From assembly GCA_951804945.1 (NCBI GenBank), contig OX638163.1, forward strand, positions 21,204,001-21,268,000: a DNA stretch of 64,000 nucleotides, read 5' to 3'. The position numbers and the translations under genes are program-made. Positions 12,851-27,285 of the stretch are shown one piece after another. The notes under the pieces are model-generated. The model saw nothing but the letters and a program-made list of their open reading frames with translations, made no database searches and was not told the origin of the DNA. This DNA comes from Podarcis cretensis (taxonomy: Eukaryota). Numbering within the stretch: the first letter of the stretch is position 1; each line of letters begins with the position of its first letter.

Positions 12851-13224
12851 AGAATCATAGAATCATAGAGTTGGAAGAGACCACAAGGGCCATCGAGTCC
12901 AACCCCCTGCCAAGCAGGAAACACCATCAGAGCACTCCTGACATATGGTTGTCAAGCCTCTGCTTAAAGACCTCCAAAGAAGGAGACTCCACCACACTCC
13001 TTGGCAGCAAATTCTACTGTCGAACAGCTCTTACTGTCAGGAAGTTCTTCCTAATGTTTAGGTGGAATCTTCTTTCTTGTAGTTTGGAGCCATTGCTCCG
13101 TGTCCGCTTCTCTGGAGCAGCAGAAAACAACCTTTCTCCCTCCTCTATGTGACATCCTTTTATATATTTGAACATGGCTATCATATCACCCCTTAACTTC
13201 CTCTTCTCCAGGCTAAACATGCCC
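12851..13224 (-). mobile_element. CR1 LINE 3' fragment (young), inserted into an older CR1/L3 element spanning about 12530-13480
   Basis: ORF MFSLEKRKLRGDMIAMFKYIKGCHIEEG...NIRKNFLTVRAVRQ; (ATTCTATG)n tail. Confidence 0.9.
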
Positions 13225-13889
13225 TACTCGGTACTTTCTTTTATCTTTCCAACATTCTTCCAACATTCAGCTTCATCAGATATCAGCAAGTTCTAGTTTT
13301 ATGAGACAGGGAGGAAAACGATTATCTATCCACTTTCTCCAGGCCATGCATAATTTTATGAACTCCTATTGTTTGGCCTCTTATTCGCCTTTGCTCTGAA
13401 CTGAGAAGTCCCAAACGTTGCCACCTTTCCTCATAGGGGAGTGATGGCATTCCCTTCATCACTTTGATTGCCCTTTTCTGAAGCCGGAGAACACTACAGT
13501 TGTTGTGTGCAAGCATCTACTGGGAGCACCTTTTTATGTCTTGGTTTAGCCTGCATGTATACTGTTGGACCACATTTGCTTTTGCGTACATCTGCTGCTG
13601 TCTTGCATATGGCTTCAGAACATCCTTGCACAGTGGCTGAGACCTGCTTTGTACAGAGAGAGTCCTGGCTTCAGTCCCCAGCAGCATCTCTAGAGAGGAA
13701 TGGGCAAGTCTGGCCTGAATCCTTGGAGAACATCTTCCGGTCAACGTGCATAACACTTGAGCCATGTTGACCAAGAAGGCAGCTTCCTGTGCACATGTCC
13801 TAGAAATTGTGGCTTTTGTGAGGGTGTTGAGACATCTCTCGTTGACCCACAAAACTTTACATTTTTTGGAAAGGTGGAGGAGACTCATT

Positions 13890-14600
13890 TCATAGAATCA
13901 TAGAACTGTAGAGTTGGAAGGGACCCTGGGGTCATCTAGTCCAAGCCCTTGCAATGCAGAATCTCAGCTAAAGCCTCCATGACAGATGCCCATCCAACCT
14001 CTGCTTAAAAATCTCCAAGGAAGGAGAGTCCGCTACATTCTGAGGGAGTCTGTTTCACTATTGAGCAGCTCCTACCACTAGAAAGTTCTTCCTGATGTTT
14101 AGTCAGAATCTTGAAGCCATTGGTTCAGGTCCTACGCTCTGGAGCAGGAGAAAATAAGCTTGCTCCATCTTCCATGGGACACCCTTTTAGATGGCTTGTG
14201 GGCATCCAGTGAAGCTGAATGTTGGCAGATTCAGGGCAGACAAAAGAAAAGACTTCTACACAGCATAGAGTTAAACTATGGAACTTGCTCCCACAGGAGA
14301 CAGTGATGGACACCAACTTGGATGGCTTTAACAGAGATTTAGACAAATGGATGGCTTTAACTTGGATGTCTTTAACAGAGATTTAGACAAATGGATGGAG
14401 GAGAGGGCAATTGATGGCTACTAGCCAGGGTGTCATGCTCTGCCCTCCACAGTTGGAGGCAGTAATGCTTCTGAATACCAGCTGCTGGAAACCACAGAAG
14501 GGGAGAGGGCTCTTGCTTGTGGGCTTCCTTTTGAGGCATCTGGTTGACCACCTTGAGAACAGGATGCTGAACTAGATGGGCCACTGGTCTGATCCATTGG
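13890..14600. mobile_element. CR1 fragment (-) joined to a CR1/L3 3' fragment (+)
   Basis: CATAGAATCATAGAA tail at 13891; GGATGCTGAACTAGATGGGCCACTGGTCTGATCCA end near 14595. Confidence 0.75.
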
Positions 14601-14977
14601 TCAACCTAACCCGGTATTGTCCACACTGACTGACAGCAACTCTGCAGGATTTCAGACACGGGGTCTCTACCAGTCCTACCTGGAGATGCTGGGGCTTGAA
14701 CCTGGGACCTTTTGCATGCAAAGCACATGCTCTGATCATTGAGCTATGGCCCTCCTTCTCCCATCCAATTTTCTCAGGACCAGACCTGCTTGCTTCAGTA
14801 CCAGAACAGTATCGTGTGCCTTTGGTTCACTGAGTGAAAGGTGTTCTGTTTGCAACATGGTTGTGATCTGCGTTCTTTTGCATGAGGTCTAGTCATTCAT
14901 TCCCCCACTACCACCACAAAGCCTATATATGTTCATGCTAAATACTGTTATATAGTGGATAGGTAGGTAGGTACATG

Positions 14978-14979
14978 AT

Positions 14980-15025
<46 letters not shown>
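14978..15025. repeat. (GATA)n microsatellite
   Basis: Read directly. Confidence 0.95.
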
Positions 15026-15030
15026 GATGA

Positions 15031-15324
<294 letters not shown>

Positions 15325-15767
15325 TGATAGGAGTTGCAGTCCAGGAACACATTATGCCAATGTCGTTTTCTTCCAGGTACAGGTGTTCCAGTTAGAGCCA
15401 TGGCTACTGTGCAGGCTAATAAAAATCACCTTTGGCCACTAAGGCTACCAGCATTTCTCTAAACAGATGGTTCCAGGAGTGCAGACACAGGCATTAAAAA
15501 GACATTTAAAATACTCTACATGTTAGCACTGATAACTGATGACTGACTAATGTATGTAATTAAGATTAGTACTATGATAGAAAGATTTTTGATTCTAATA
15601 CTACACTATTTATTTCCCTTGTAAATAATTTTTATTGGCTTACAAGTCTTAGCACGCCTCCCCTTACAACAGCTCTGTGTAGTAACTTGGACTGGGAAAA
15701 CATTGGTATCCTGCTTGCCTGCGAAACTTGCTGTATGGCAACTCTGAGGTCTCTGAGAACTCACTCA

Positions 15768-15990
15768 TTCATTCATTTTATATCCCACCTTCTTTCCCCC
15801 ACAAGGAGCTCAAGGTGCTATACATAGTTCTTCCCTGGCTCATTTAGTCCACACGACAACGCTGTGAGGTTGGTTAGATTGAGAGGCAGTGACTAGCCCA
15901 AAGTCACCCAGTGAGCTTCGTGGTTGAGCGGGGATTTGAACGCTGGTCTCCAAGTCCTAGTCTGACACTCTAACCCCTACTCCACACAGG
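15768..15990 (-). mobile_element. Squam3/MIR-like SINE
   Basis: Reverse-complement match to the 5208 copy. Confidence 0.8.
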
Positions 15991-16271
15991 CACTCTGTTC
16001 TGCTGAGAGCGTGTGACAAACTCCAGGTTGTCTGATAGGCTTCACAGCTCAAGGGAGATTTCTACCCAAGTGCAGCATTCTCTGTCTTCTGACTCTGTTG
16101 TAGCGACACAGATGTTGAATTGTGCCATTGTGGCAGTTTGCCATACCTAAAAGCTCTCTAGCCTATTTTGAGAAATTCTATGCTTAAAACTTTTATTTAT
16201 TTATAGCTTTTTCTAACTACACCCTTCAGCTGGGAAAGAAGTCTTGGAGGGTGTTTTCAGATCAGTTTTTT

Positions 16272-16272
16272 A

Positions 16273-16316
<44 letters not shown>
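16272..16316. repeat. (GAAA)n microsatellite
   Basis: Read directly. Confidence 0.95.
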
Positions 16317-16818
16317 CTGTCACTGTCCTCAGGCACACCATCTAAAAGACACAGCAGAAAAGGCAAATGAGTGGGGAAGGAGGAGAAAATAAGCAAACTC
16401 AGATACCAGAAGAGATCTTCTAATGAGCAGCTGAGATATAAACAGTTCAAGGGGGAGGAAGGGCTAATAATAGCTGGTTTCTCAGGTGCTCCAGTAAAGT
16501 GACCCTGCACCTCTCCTTCTCTCCCACTGCCCCCTCACCACCACTGATTGCCTAACAGAGTCTTCTTGAAATGCTGTTGCACTTATTTCTTCAGCCATGA
16601 GAACTAGCCTCCATTGTGGCCAGTAGCCATTGATAGCTTTACCATCTGTTAATTTATCCAGTCATCTTTTATTGCTATCCACTTCACTGCAACTTGGTAT
16701 CAGCTCCAGCCGGAGCACCAGATTGATTGAGGAAACTTGGTGTTAGAAAAACGTACAGTATGCTAACTGCAATTAGCTGTGCGGATTCTGTAAAATGTAT
16801 TTATCTTCTCTTCTGCAG

Positions 16819-16905
16819 AGCGTATGGAAACAGCCAACAAGCAGCTTGCGGAGAAGGAAGGCTCTGAGGATAACAAGAAAACCATCTGCCAGCTCTTTGC
16901 ACAAA
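16819..16905 (+). CDS. AMOT: Angiomotin coding exon
   Basis: ctgcag| ERMETANKQLAEKEGSEDNKKTICQLFAQ |gtgagt; 87 nt, phase 1 to 1. Confidence 0.94.
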
Positions 16906-18666
16906 GTGAGTCTGAATTTCTCCTTTAATATGGTTGAGGCCTGTTGCAAAGTTGGGCTTGAGGTGACAGCTGTTCAGAAATCACTAAGGCAAGCAGTGGG
17001 TGGGCTTGGGAATGGCTCAGCATAGCATAAGATGGTGAGATGCTGGCGCTGTCTTAAAAAAAAATTAGGCACAATCAGTGCTGCTCATAGTGATGAGCAG
17101 TTTCACTTTCCCACCCTTTACTCACTACAGTTCTTGACTTCCACACGTTCACACTTCCCCTGAACATTTATTTGTCTACCCCTTGGTTCTCCCCCACATT
17201 ACCACTACCTTTCCTAAATTGCACTGGATGTAGTTCTATAGTGCAGAACAAAGTGAGAGATTATAGAATTCTCCCAGCTCTTCCTGGAGATGCCAGCAGG
17301 GATTTCTTTTCTGGCTCATTGAACTGATGCAAAGGGAGCAATTTACTAAGCCTTCCCTACATGAGCGAACCCATTTTTTTTTGCTGCAAAGAAGCATTAA
17401 AATTGAGCTACAAATCACAGACAAGCACACATAACCTGCTTTCTCCCAAGGTAGAACACTGGCCCATCTAGCTCAGTATTGTCAACACTGGCTGATAGTG
17501 GCCCTCCAGGCTTCCAGACGTGGAGCATGCCCAGACCTTGCAGGAGATGCTGGGGACTGAACCACACTCAGAGCAGATGCTGTACCACTGAGCTATAGTG
17601 TTAACTCCACTTGTCTTCCTCTAGGCACTTCTGAAGTGCAGGGTCCTTGAGACTGAATATAAATCCACCGTGTAGCCACTTGGGTGAAACTAGGCCAATC
17701 CAGACAAGAGAGCAGGATGGATGGTGGTGCTGGTGTTTCCTCTGAGGAAGAACTATACTATGCCGCTTCTTTGCTAGTGTGTGTAGAGTTAGCCATGGGT
17801 TACAAACCCTGCCTGGAGGAGCAGATGGATTATAGTAAAAACCAATGTTACAGGTTCTTACGACATTTCTGCTGGGCTGAAATGTCTCCGGACTTAAGCA
17901 AGGTAAATGCTGATTTACTGTCCTCAGAGCTCCACCCAGTAGACAGCACTTAACTGTGTTGCCATTGCATTAAAATTAAAATTGCAATTTAAAAAAAAAA
18001 GTTATTTCATGATAGGATTACTAGAATGTGGTCTATGTGGGGCTTGATCCAAAAGCTGCAGTTAGTGCAGAATGCTGTGGCACAATTGGTGATGGGAGTG
18101 AGACCCTGTCAGCATATAACATTTATAAACAGAGCCCTACCACTAAAATCTCAATGTGAATACAGTGTAAAATTCTGTGTGTGATTATCTTCTGCTTCCA
18201 TTCTCTACGCACCTGCAAGACTGGCACTGCTTAGCCTGTCTGCTGGCTGGATAAAATCTGGTTCTGTTAACAAAATGACTTGGTGTGATTCCTTAGGCAT
18301 GGGATGATGCCGCAGCTTGGAATGTGCTTTCTCCTGTGTTGTCAGGGCTGGATGTATTTTATTCAAGAGGTGTGTATTCTGCAGCTGAGTCAGTGTTGGC
18401 ATCCAACTGGTAGAATGCTGAGAACCACAGCAGCTCCACAAAAAGCAGCACCCTTGGTGAATTCATTCTTCATTTCTGCCACGCCACCTCATGCCTTAGG
18501 CATGCCTGGATTATCCTGTTTGTTTTGTTTTGTTTTTTAACATAGTAACCCGTAAAATGGGTCTTGTTTGGACACCTGACTGCAGAGGTTCCAGATAGTT
18601 CATTCTTCGTAGAACACTTCTTGTTGGATTAAAGCAAGCTGCGAATCCATTCCATTTGGGATTCAT

Positions 18667-18720
<54 letters not shown>
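18667..18720. repeat. (GT)n microsatellite
   Basis: Read directly. Confidence 0.95.
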
Positions 18721-18722
<2 letters not shown>

Positions 18723-19470
18723 TGCTTCAGCCAAATCAAATGTCCTTAGTTGAAGTCCAATTTACACAATTCCCTTGTGTGGGGGTAGACTCACTTCTCT
18801 CCCTCTAATCACCCAACCCAAATCACACTAGGCATATTGTGTGGAAGTCATCCAAATCCTTAATCACTAGCACAAAATGTTGTTTTTGCACACCAGAATT
18901 GACTTTCCTTCACACGAACAAGGAATTGCACAGTTAGGATCTATGTTTGCATGGGTGTTGTCTGTCTCATTTGTAGCAAACTCCACTGTGGAGTTCATGT
19001 AGCTAAGGAACGGGGCGAAGGCTGGACTTGACCAAAGCAGTCAGATAATCTTCCTGGGAATTAGGTGTGCGAAATCACTCCTGCTAGCCGTATATTATCC
19101 TTTTCTGTACACGGTGAGGCACTGAATTCGACATCTGCAAGAGCTATGATTTTTGAGGCTGTTAATATATAAAACACAGGTGAACAAACATCAGGCTTGC
19201 AGAATTGTAATTTGTTTTTTTACTAGAACTTGAGATCCACCAGTGTCACGGCCTGTCACATGGTTGTAGTAGGGATAAAAGTGTCAGGGGGGAACCATGC
19301 CAACTGCCTTGCACTCCTTGGAGGAAAGGTAGAATGAAGAAGGGTGATATGCATTTTAAAAGAAACAGAGATTTTAAATGGATTTCCCAGAAGACGACTC
19401 AATCTTTCTCCTTGCCCTTCTGCCCATTTTCTTTAAAAGTTTTCCTTCCACTCCCCTTTTATTCGGACAG

Positions 19471-19616
19471 ACAAAGAAACCCAGAGGGAGAAGGAGAAGC
19501 TAGAGATCGAGCTGGCTGGAGTTCGCTCTGCTAATGAGGAACAGAGGAGGCACATTGAAATTCGCGACCAGGCTTTGAACAATGCTCAGGCCAAAGTGGT
19601 GAAACTGGAAGAAGAG
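19471..19616 (+). CDS. AMOT: Angiomotin coding exon
   Basis: gacag| [49 protein letters not shown] |gtaagg; 146 nt. Confidence 0.95.
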
Positions 19617-22174
19617 GTAAGGCCCCATTCCCCAGCTCAGAGGAGCCGCTGGAGGTTCTCATCACATGTTCAGTCTGTTTCTTGTTTCACACTTTTGTGT
19701 TTGTATTCTGTCATCTACATTCACTTTTAACAGAAAAGCAAAGAAAGTCATATCAAGTTGCGCAGTAGCATAAATGATTCTTATTAATCCATACAAATTA
19801 TCCAGATGCCCATCATATAATGTCCTGGGGGCAGCACAAAAGCTTTTCTCATCTATCTCAAGAGAGTCATGAAAGAATATAGTTAAAGCTGTATTTCACA
19901 GTTTAGTCATATCTGCAAAGGTCCCTTGGAGAGTTTAGAAAGTTTGGAAATTGGTCTTAAAAACAAAACATTTTGAAAAGGAAAACCTCCACTGCTTTCA
20001 TCTCAAATAAGTGAGATCCCAACCAGCATTTGTGCTTAAAGCTCTTGCGAAGGGCCAGGTAGGTGCTTTTCATTCCTTTTGCAAATTAATGTGGATGCTT
20101 TTCCATGAATGAGCATCAGTTAAACTTATAGGATCTGCACTGCTAAAAGGCAGTAAGAATGGAATGTCCTTAAGAATGCCAGCTTGACTGCCGGACCCCC
20201 TTTCTTCAAACACTCACTGAGCATTATTAAGGAAACTAAAATCCCTAAAAGACTTGCCCTTTTCTTTTTTACTGTAATTTTCCAAAACACCATTGTGTGA
20301 AGGGTGTTTGAGTTCTGAAAAGGAGAACTAGGCCTATGATTTTAGCACCAACTGGTTATCAAGCTGTTATAGGTGGTTTGGCCAGATCCTTTGTGTGCTT
20401 AGTCCACATTTCTGAGCCCGTAATTGTAAATAATTTCCAATCTAGCCTTACGAAAGAGGAAGGATTTTGCCAAGTGGTGTTCTTGGCACATGTAGATAAT
20501 TGGTGTGTGTGTGTGTGTGTTGTGCACGCTGCTTCTTCACTTTTCTTGCTCCCTTGACTCTCCTCTGCTTGCTTAACCTTTTCCAGACTCCTTTTTAAGA
20601 AGATGATTGGGCATAGTGAAGGCTGTTTTTATGCAAGTCCAGTTGGGCCTCTGAGCTCACTTTTGGAAATAAAGTAGGGTGGGGTGGGTTCATTCCTGAT
20701 GCCCAGATAACAAAATTGGACGGTGGCATGCTTATTCTTCAGTGCGTCTGAGACAGCGGGATTTCAGTCTTTGCGCAGCTGGGTATGTGGGGAATAAAAT
20801 GGGGAACTGTGCTCTCCTCCTTTCTCTGTTTTTTTCTTTCCATGCTTCCAAAAGTAGCAATGGGGGGCGGGGGGCTTGTAGATGGGGTGGGCTACATGAG
20901 CTCATTGTGCAGGTGGGGGAACTGGGCTGGCCAGGGACTGGTGGCTGTTGTGGTCCAGGGTATCTTGGGGTCACCAGGGTGACCGAGGCTGTAAAAGAAA
21001 AGAAAGAAACCCTCATGCGATGGAATGCTGGTGCTATTGTGTTTTCAGTGCAAATGTTGGAGGATGGTCGCAGCTGCTAGATTATCTGATTTCAGAGCAG
21101 CTGCATTAAAAATGTAAAAACCTGCTGGATCAGACCCGTGGCCCACCTAGTACAGCATCCTGTTCTCCTAAACAGTTGCCTGCGGGAAACCAGCATGCAG
21201 GATTCAGACACAAGACCACTCCCTACTCCTGCAGTTTCCAGCAACTCAGAAGCATTCCAGATACTCAGAAGCATTGCTGCCTCCAGCTGTAGAGGCAGAG
21301 CACAGCCACTGTTGCTGGTAGCCCTCTCCTCCTTCATGAATTTGCCCTAATCCCCTTTTAAAGCTGCCTTGGTTGTCTTCCCATCTCCTTTGAAGAGAGG
21401 GGCTGTTTTCTGTGTCTGCGCCCTGGAAGTCTTCTCTCACCCAGATTTTAATAGGAGCTGGAGAAGGATTCATCTCTGTTACGAGACAAACATTGCCAAG
21501 CGTCTTGGGACTCATTCCCAAACTGTGGCAGCTCTAGAGTTATGGCTGAATGATTGCTTGGAATTTTTCACCCGCTGGGAAGACATCTTGTGCTTTGGGT
21601 CACTATGCAGAATATGCACCAAAAGAATTTTTGAAAATAAGGGAAGGTTCCTTGATCAGCATCAACAGGGATAATATGGCCATGGTTTTCTAATTTGCTT
21701 TCTTTCCGCCGAATAACTATTGTGGTGATCAAATCCAAGCTGCTAATAGTATTTGTTTCAAAGTATACTTTTCAAATTTTGGTTTTCTCCGATAGTCTGC
21801 AGTTGTTGTAGCCAAGCTTTCCCCTTTGTTATATGGGAAGATATGAATTCCGTTTCTTTCATCAAATTCCTTAAAATAAAAAAGAAGATTTTTATTAAAG
21901 TTTTTCACAATACAATAAGATAGCCGCTACTATAACTACAAGCAGAACAAGTAGAATATAGATTCCTCTCCCAAAGGCAATTATCAGCCCCCCCCCCAAC
22001 ATATCAGTCCCTCCCATCTCTCACCTGGGATCCTTCCTTTCTCCTCCCAGCCACTCACCCTGGGAGGAGGGACAACACTTCCCTGTCTCCCACCCAGGGT
22101 CCTCCATGAACCATCCACCACCCACATGAATACTTAATTCCCTGGACCTTAACAAAGGCCCCAAGCATAGGATT

Positions 22175-22387
22175 NNNNNNNNNNNNNNNNNNNNNNNNNN
22201 NNNNNNNNNNNNNNNNNNNNNNNNNNNNNNNNNNNNNNNNNNNNNNNNNNNNNNNNNNNNNNNNNNNNNNNNNNNNNNNNNNNNNNNNNNNNNNNNNNNN
22301 NNNNNNNNNNNNNNNNNNNNNNNNNNNNNNNNNNNNNNNNNNNNNNNNNNNNNNNNNNNNNNNNNNNNNNNNNNNNNNNNNNNNNNN
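22175..22387. other. Assembly gap (213 N) within an AMOT intron
   Basis: Run of N; AMOT exon phases join across it, so no constitutive exon is missing. Confidence 0.99.
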
Positions 22388-23219
22388 TTAAAGATAGATA
22401 AAACGGGCTTCCAATTTTCCATTTGCCAGTTACATTTAAAAGAAATAGTCAGTCCATGATAACTTCCATCTTCTCCACTTTCTGTTAAACAGTATTTCTT
22501 TTAAGTCAAAGCCTCTCAGAATCATTCTTTTCTTTTCCCCCACCAAAGTCCAAGTCGGGTTCCCAGATTATTATTATTGGTAAATATCAACCAAGTTTTT
22601 TCTTTAATATTAACTTTACCTCCATTAATTTCCACCACCAGTTTCCCCTTTGTTCTTAGAGACAGGAAGCGGCTGTTACAAGTTTTCTGATTGTAAATTT
22701 TAATCAGCAGAGAAATCTCTGTAATTTGCATTTTTCTTGTCCCAGAAGTATTTAAGAAAGAGAGGATGCGGGTTTTCTTACCCACAGAGGGTTGTTACGT
22801 GGCGTTTGGGCACAGTGTCAGCTCCTCAGCTTGCTGTCTCATTCTGTCACCCATCCAAGCCCCCAGGTGCAGGAAGCAGAGAACAGCTTTGATCAAAGCA
22901 TTTGAGGTTTCTCCTATTTGATCGCTCTTATCTCCCAAAATGATTTAATAGTCAGACCATCTGTCTTACTATCATCAATCACCACATAGTTATCTTCTGT
23001 CAGCGGAACTGATAGAGAAGGTCAGTCCGCTATTCCTTCTCTCAGAAGTGCGGGGTCGGGGGGGATATCACCAGATCAAATTCCAGTTTCTGTGAAGGCT
23101 TTGGGGGTTTTTTGTGGGGGTTTTTGCAGTGTGTGTGTGTGATTATTTTACTCCCCGCCTCAAGTGCAATATGGTTGATGTGCTCACCCAAGAATATTCA
23201 TTTTACTCATCTTTTCCAC

Positions 23220-23450
23220 CATTTATTGCATTTCTATCCCAACGTTCCCTCCAAGGAGCTCAAGGTGGCATACACGGCTCTCCCCCATTTAATCTACCCC
23301 ATTTAATCTGCACAACAACCCTGTGAGGTAGGTTAGGCTGAAAGGCAGTGATTTGCCCCAAGGTCACCCAGTGAGCTTCATAGCTAATTGTGGGGAACTG
23401 AACCCTGGATTCCCAGGTCTTAGTGCAACACTCTATGACTAGGACACCAT
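23220..23450 (-). mobile_element. Squam3/MIR-like SINE
   Basis: Reverse-complement match to the 5208 copy. Confidence 0.8.
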
Positions 23451-25202
23451 AGATATAACATGTCTGTCTATAGTCTGTGTGTGTGTTTCAAGGGTCCATG
23501 CATATGCAGTGCCACAGAAATTGCTGGGTTGTTTTTAAACTGTTTTAAAAAAACAAAAACGCTCCATTTTGGTCTGTGAGTAATTTTCCAGAGGTGCTCT
23601 TTGAGGGTTATAACTTATTTTAAAATAAGCAAACAGAAAGTGAGAAAGAACTGACCAGATGGGTTTGGCTTGAGTTGCTGTTGAGGCACGGTGGCACTTC
23701 GTGACGTCTGGTTCTCAAAGGTTCTGTGCAACAACTCAGCAATGCTCAAAACCCTCCCATTCAGAATACAGGTTTATTCTCTAATCAAAAGATAAGGAAG
23801 TACATACGTACAAGAGAAGGAACATATAAGAGAAATAAGAGTGTATGGAGAACAGCACTTGCAGAGAAAATAACTCAAGATGTAGCATTATTGAAGGGGG
23901 AAAAGAAACCGGAAACTTTCTACGTATGCCAGTTGGTGGCTATTCATTACGTATGTATCCAGAATGCGTTGGCTGCATCAGTACAGATCTGACTTCCTGA
24001 TTGCTTTCCCTTTGTTAAAGTTATGTTTGTGCGTGTCCTTTCTCCTTCAGGTTTCGGAGACTATAATGATTTGATGCATAAGATCCCTGTTGTAGAAATG
24101 GCAAAAATAGATACTAAACAAACACAAGTGATGATCATGCAATAGAATATAAAGGAGGCAGTGGGAGACTTTAGCATTTTTGCTTTGTATGGATATTATC
24201 ATGTCCATTTAATGTATATCAATGCAAAATCAATAAGAAGATTAGGAATGAGGAGAGAGAAGTAATGCTGGACCAAAGCACTTGGCTGATGAAATACTTT
24301 TCAGCCATAGCAGGCATCTCCTTGAAGCAAAATTATTTCTGCTCTTGGAGAGGCCTGTGATGTTTAGCTGGCTCCAATCAGTTACTTTAGTTGGTTTAAG
24401 AAGGGTTTGATCAATTAAAAGTGTGTCTGCAATGAACATCAGTTTACAAAAAAGATAAAACAATTAAATTAGCAATACAAAAAATCAACACCCATAATTT
24501 AGAATTTTCAGAAAGTTAAAATAACAATAGACTAAGAACAGATTAAAACTTGTTAAGTTTTAATATCAAGTTTCTAAGCAGTTGGGTAGGCCTATCTGAA
24601 TAATAATGTTTAGCACATGCCAAAAAGCACTGTAAAGGCGCCTGCCTGATGTCAATAGGCAGGGAGTTCCAAAGTGCAGGTGCTGCCATACTAAATTGTT
24701 TGAATTGTTGTCATCTGCTCTGGGATCTCTTGGTGGTGGTGGTGGTGATCATCATTATTAATGATGTTTTGGACTGCAATTCTCATCAGCCCCAGATAGG
24801 ATAGCTGTGTTCCCATCACCAATCCCACCAACATAGGACTGTCCTGGCTGGGGATGATGGGAACTGTAGTCTAAACCAGCTTGCAAACTCTCCAGCTGGT
24901 CAGTGGGTGTGAGAACAGAGTCCTGGGCCTTTGACCTGACCCAGCTGGCTCTTCTTATGTTCTTATAATGTCCTGCATGCAGTTCCTTACCACTGCACTA
25001 CAGCCCTTCCCCTGATTTGGGGAGACAGCAAAAGGGTGGTTGTTGCCCTCCCCCTGCTGTGCTTTTGGGATGACTGGGGGGAGGGGGAATCTGGGTTGCT
25101 GCTGTTGACGAAGGCTTGCTGGAGCTAGCAGGTGCTGTGATGCTTCTGGATGCTGAAGGAGCTTCACCACCTACACTCCCCCCACCCTTTTTTTTCTTTT
25201 AG

Positions 25203-25364
<162 letters not shown>

Positions 25365-25399
25365 TAAGCAGAACTCCACCTTCCAACTGAGTATTGAAA

Positions 25400-25770
25400 G
25401 TGTTGGTGCTGCCCTTTAAAGCCCTAAACGGCCTTGGCCCAGTAAACCTGAAGGAGCGTCTCCACCTCCATCATTCAGCCCAGACACCAGCTCCGAGGGC
25501 CTTCTGGCAGTTCCCTCACTGCGAGAAGCAAAGTTACAGGGAACCAGGCAGAGGGCCTTCTCAGTAGTGGCGCCCGCCCTGTGGAACGCCCCCCCTCATC
25601 AGATGTCAAGGAAATAAACAACTATCTGACTTTCAGAGCACATCTGAAGGCAGCCCTGTTTAGGGAAGTTTTTAATGTTTGATCTTTTATCATGTTTTTA
25701 ATATTCTGCTGGGAGCCACCTAGAGTGGCTGGGGCAACCCAGCCAAATGAGCAGGGTATAAATAATAAGA
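25400..25770 (+). mobile_element. L2 LINE 3' fragment
   Basis: TTTAAAGCCCTAAACGGCCTTGGCCCAG...GCAGAGGGCCTTCTCAGTAGTGGCGCCCGCCCTGTGGAACGCC; related copy at about 56445-56725. Confidence 0.8.
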
Positions 25771-25884
25771 GGAGGAGGAGCTGGGCTTCTGGTTTTAAAA
25801 AAGCCCTAGTGAAACTTATTTAACTGACTCATTTTTTGAAAGGAGGTGAACACACACAGGAACCTAACCCTAACACCACGTCAG

Positions 25885-26035
25885 CTGCTTTGTCCCTCTT
25901 GCTCAGTATTGTTTACACTGACTGGCAGCAGCTCTCCAGCATTTCAGACAGGGAATCTTTCCCAGCCCTACCTGGAAATGGGATTGAACCCAGGACCTTC
26001 TGCATGTGGAGCAGACGCTGTGCCACTGGCCCTAG
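25885..26035 (-). mobile_element. tRNA-derived SINE (related copies near 14600-14750, 17460-17600, 36530-36640, 40890-41060)
   Basis: GGGATTGAACCCAGGACCTTCTGCATG B-box region plus GCTCAGTATTGTTTACACTGACTGGCAGCAGCTCTCCAG body repeated across the window. Confidence 0.7.
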
Positions 26036-27042
26036 TTAGCGACTCAAGAGTGAGCGTTTGTTTTCTGTTAAGAGACACATCACAGGCGCCTTTCCTTCTG
26101 CTGCTTCCTGCACTGTTCATAAAGTGCCTCTGTTATGTAATGAATTTAGTGTGTGTCAAAGCAGAGCTTCCAGCTGAACAGTTGTCAGGTTGTCCCACTG
26201 CGTGGTTTTCAGCCCATGGTGAGATGTGTGCATTTTTCTTATTAGGGGATAAAAACTGTTCTGTCCAAGTGACCCACAGAACGGCTTGGTCCCACAACTG
26301 ATCATTAGCACACTTCAAACTTGCCAAGCAATCCAACATTTGGCTGACTTAGGTGAATCAGACTTTATTCTCCAGGAAGCCACAGAGTTAGCAAGTGTAA
26401 TAATAATGTGATCAGTGGGACAGTCGCTTAGTGTCCCCAGTGTAGGCACACCTACAATTTTATAGAACCTTTACTTTCAGTAATGACGGAGCTTGCAGGT
26501 GGAGAACACTTTTATTTTTGCATTTCTTCGATACTTATAAATGGAATATTTGTAAGAATCAATGCCTTGTTACCCCTTCTGGAGCTGCACTGTACAGGCT
26601 ATGATGTCCTATGGTTTATCTTTATCTTTATTTATAACCCACCTTTTCCCCAGACTGGAAAAGCCAGCTTACACGAATTAAAACAACTCTGATAAAATGC
26701 AGAAGGCTAAAAACATGAAAGATGATAGTTTAAAAACAATTAAACTGTAATACAATTAAAGCAATATAAAAACAGGTCTATTGATAAAAACAGCACAGTC
26801 AGTCCCCAAGAGACTGTCAGAATAAAACAGTTTTCACCTGCCAGTGGAAAGACAACAAGGAGGGAGCCAGTTTGCCTTCTCTAGGGAGGGAGTTCCAGAG
26901 TCTGGGAGCAGCCACCAATAAGGCCCTCTAGGTTTACATTTTCAATTCATTGTATTCTTTCCCTTTGTATTATGTTTGCACTTTTCAATGAATATTTATC
27001 CTGAAACAAAAAAATAATAATGTGTTCAGTGGGGATTTCTGA

Positions 27043-27285
<243 letters not shown>

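Noticed and set aside
20155-20185. TEAD (GGAATG) motif pair as a YAP feedback enhancer
   Set aside because: One exact hexamer and one variant; expected by chance in 64 kb, and there is no conservation data.
22021-22422. 133-aa ORF
   Set aside because: Artefact of translating through the N gap.
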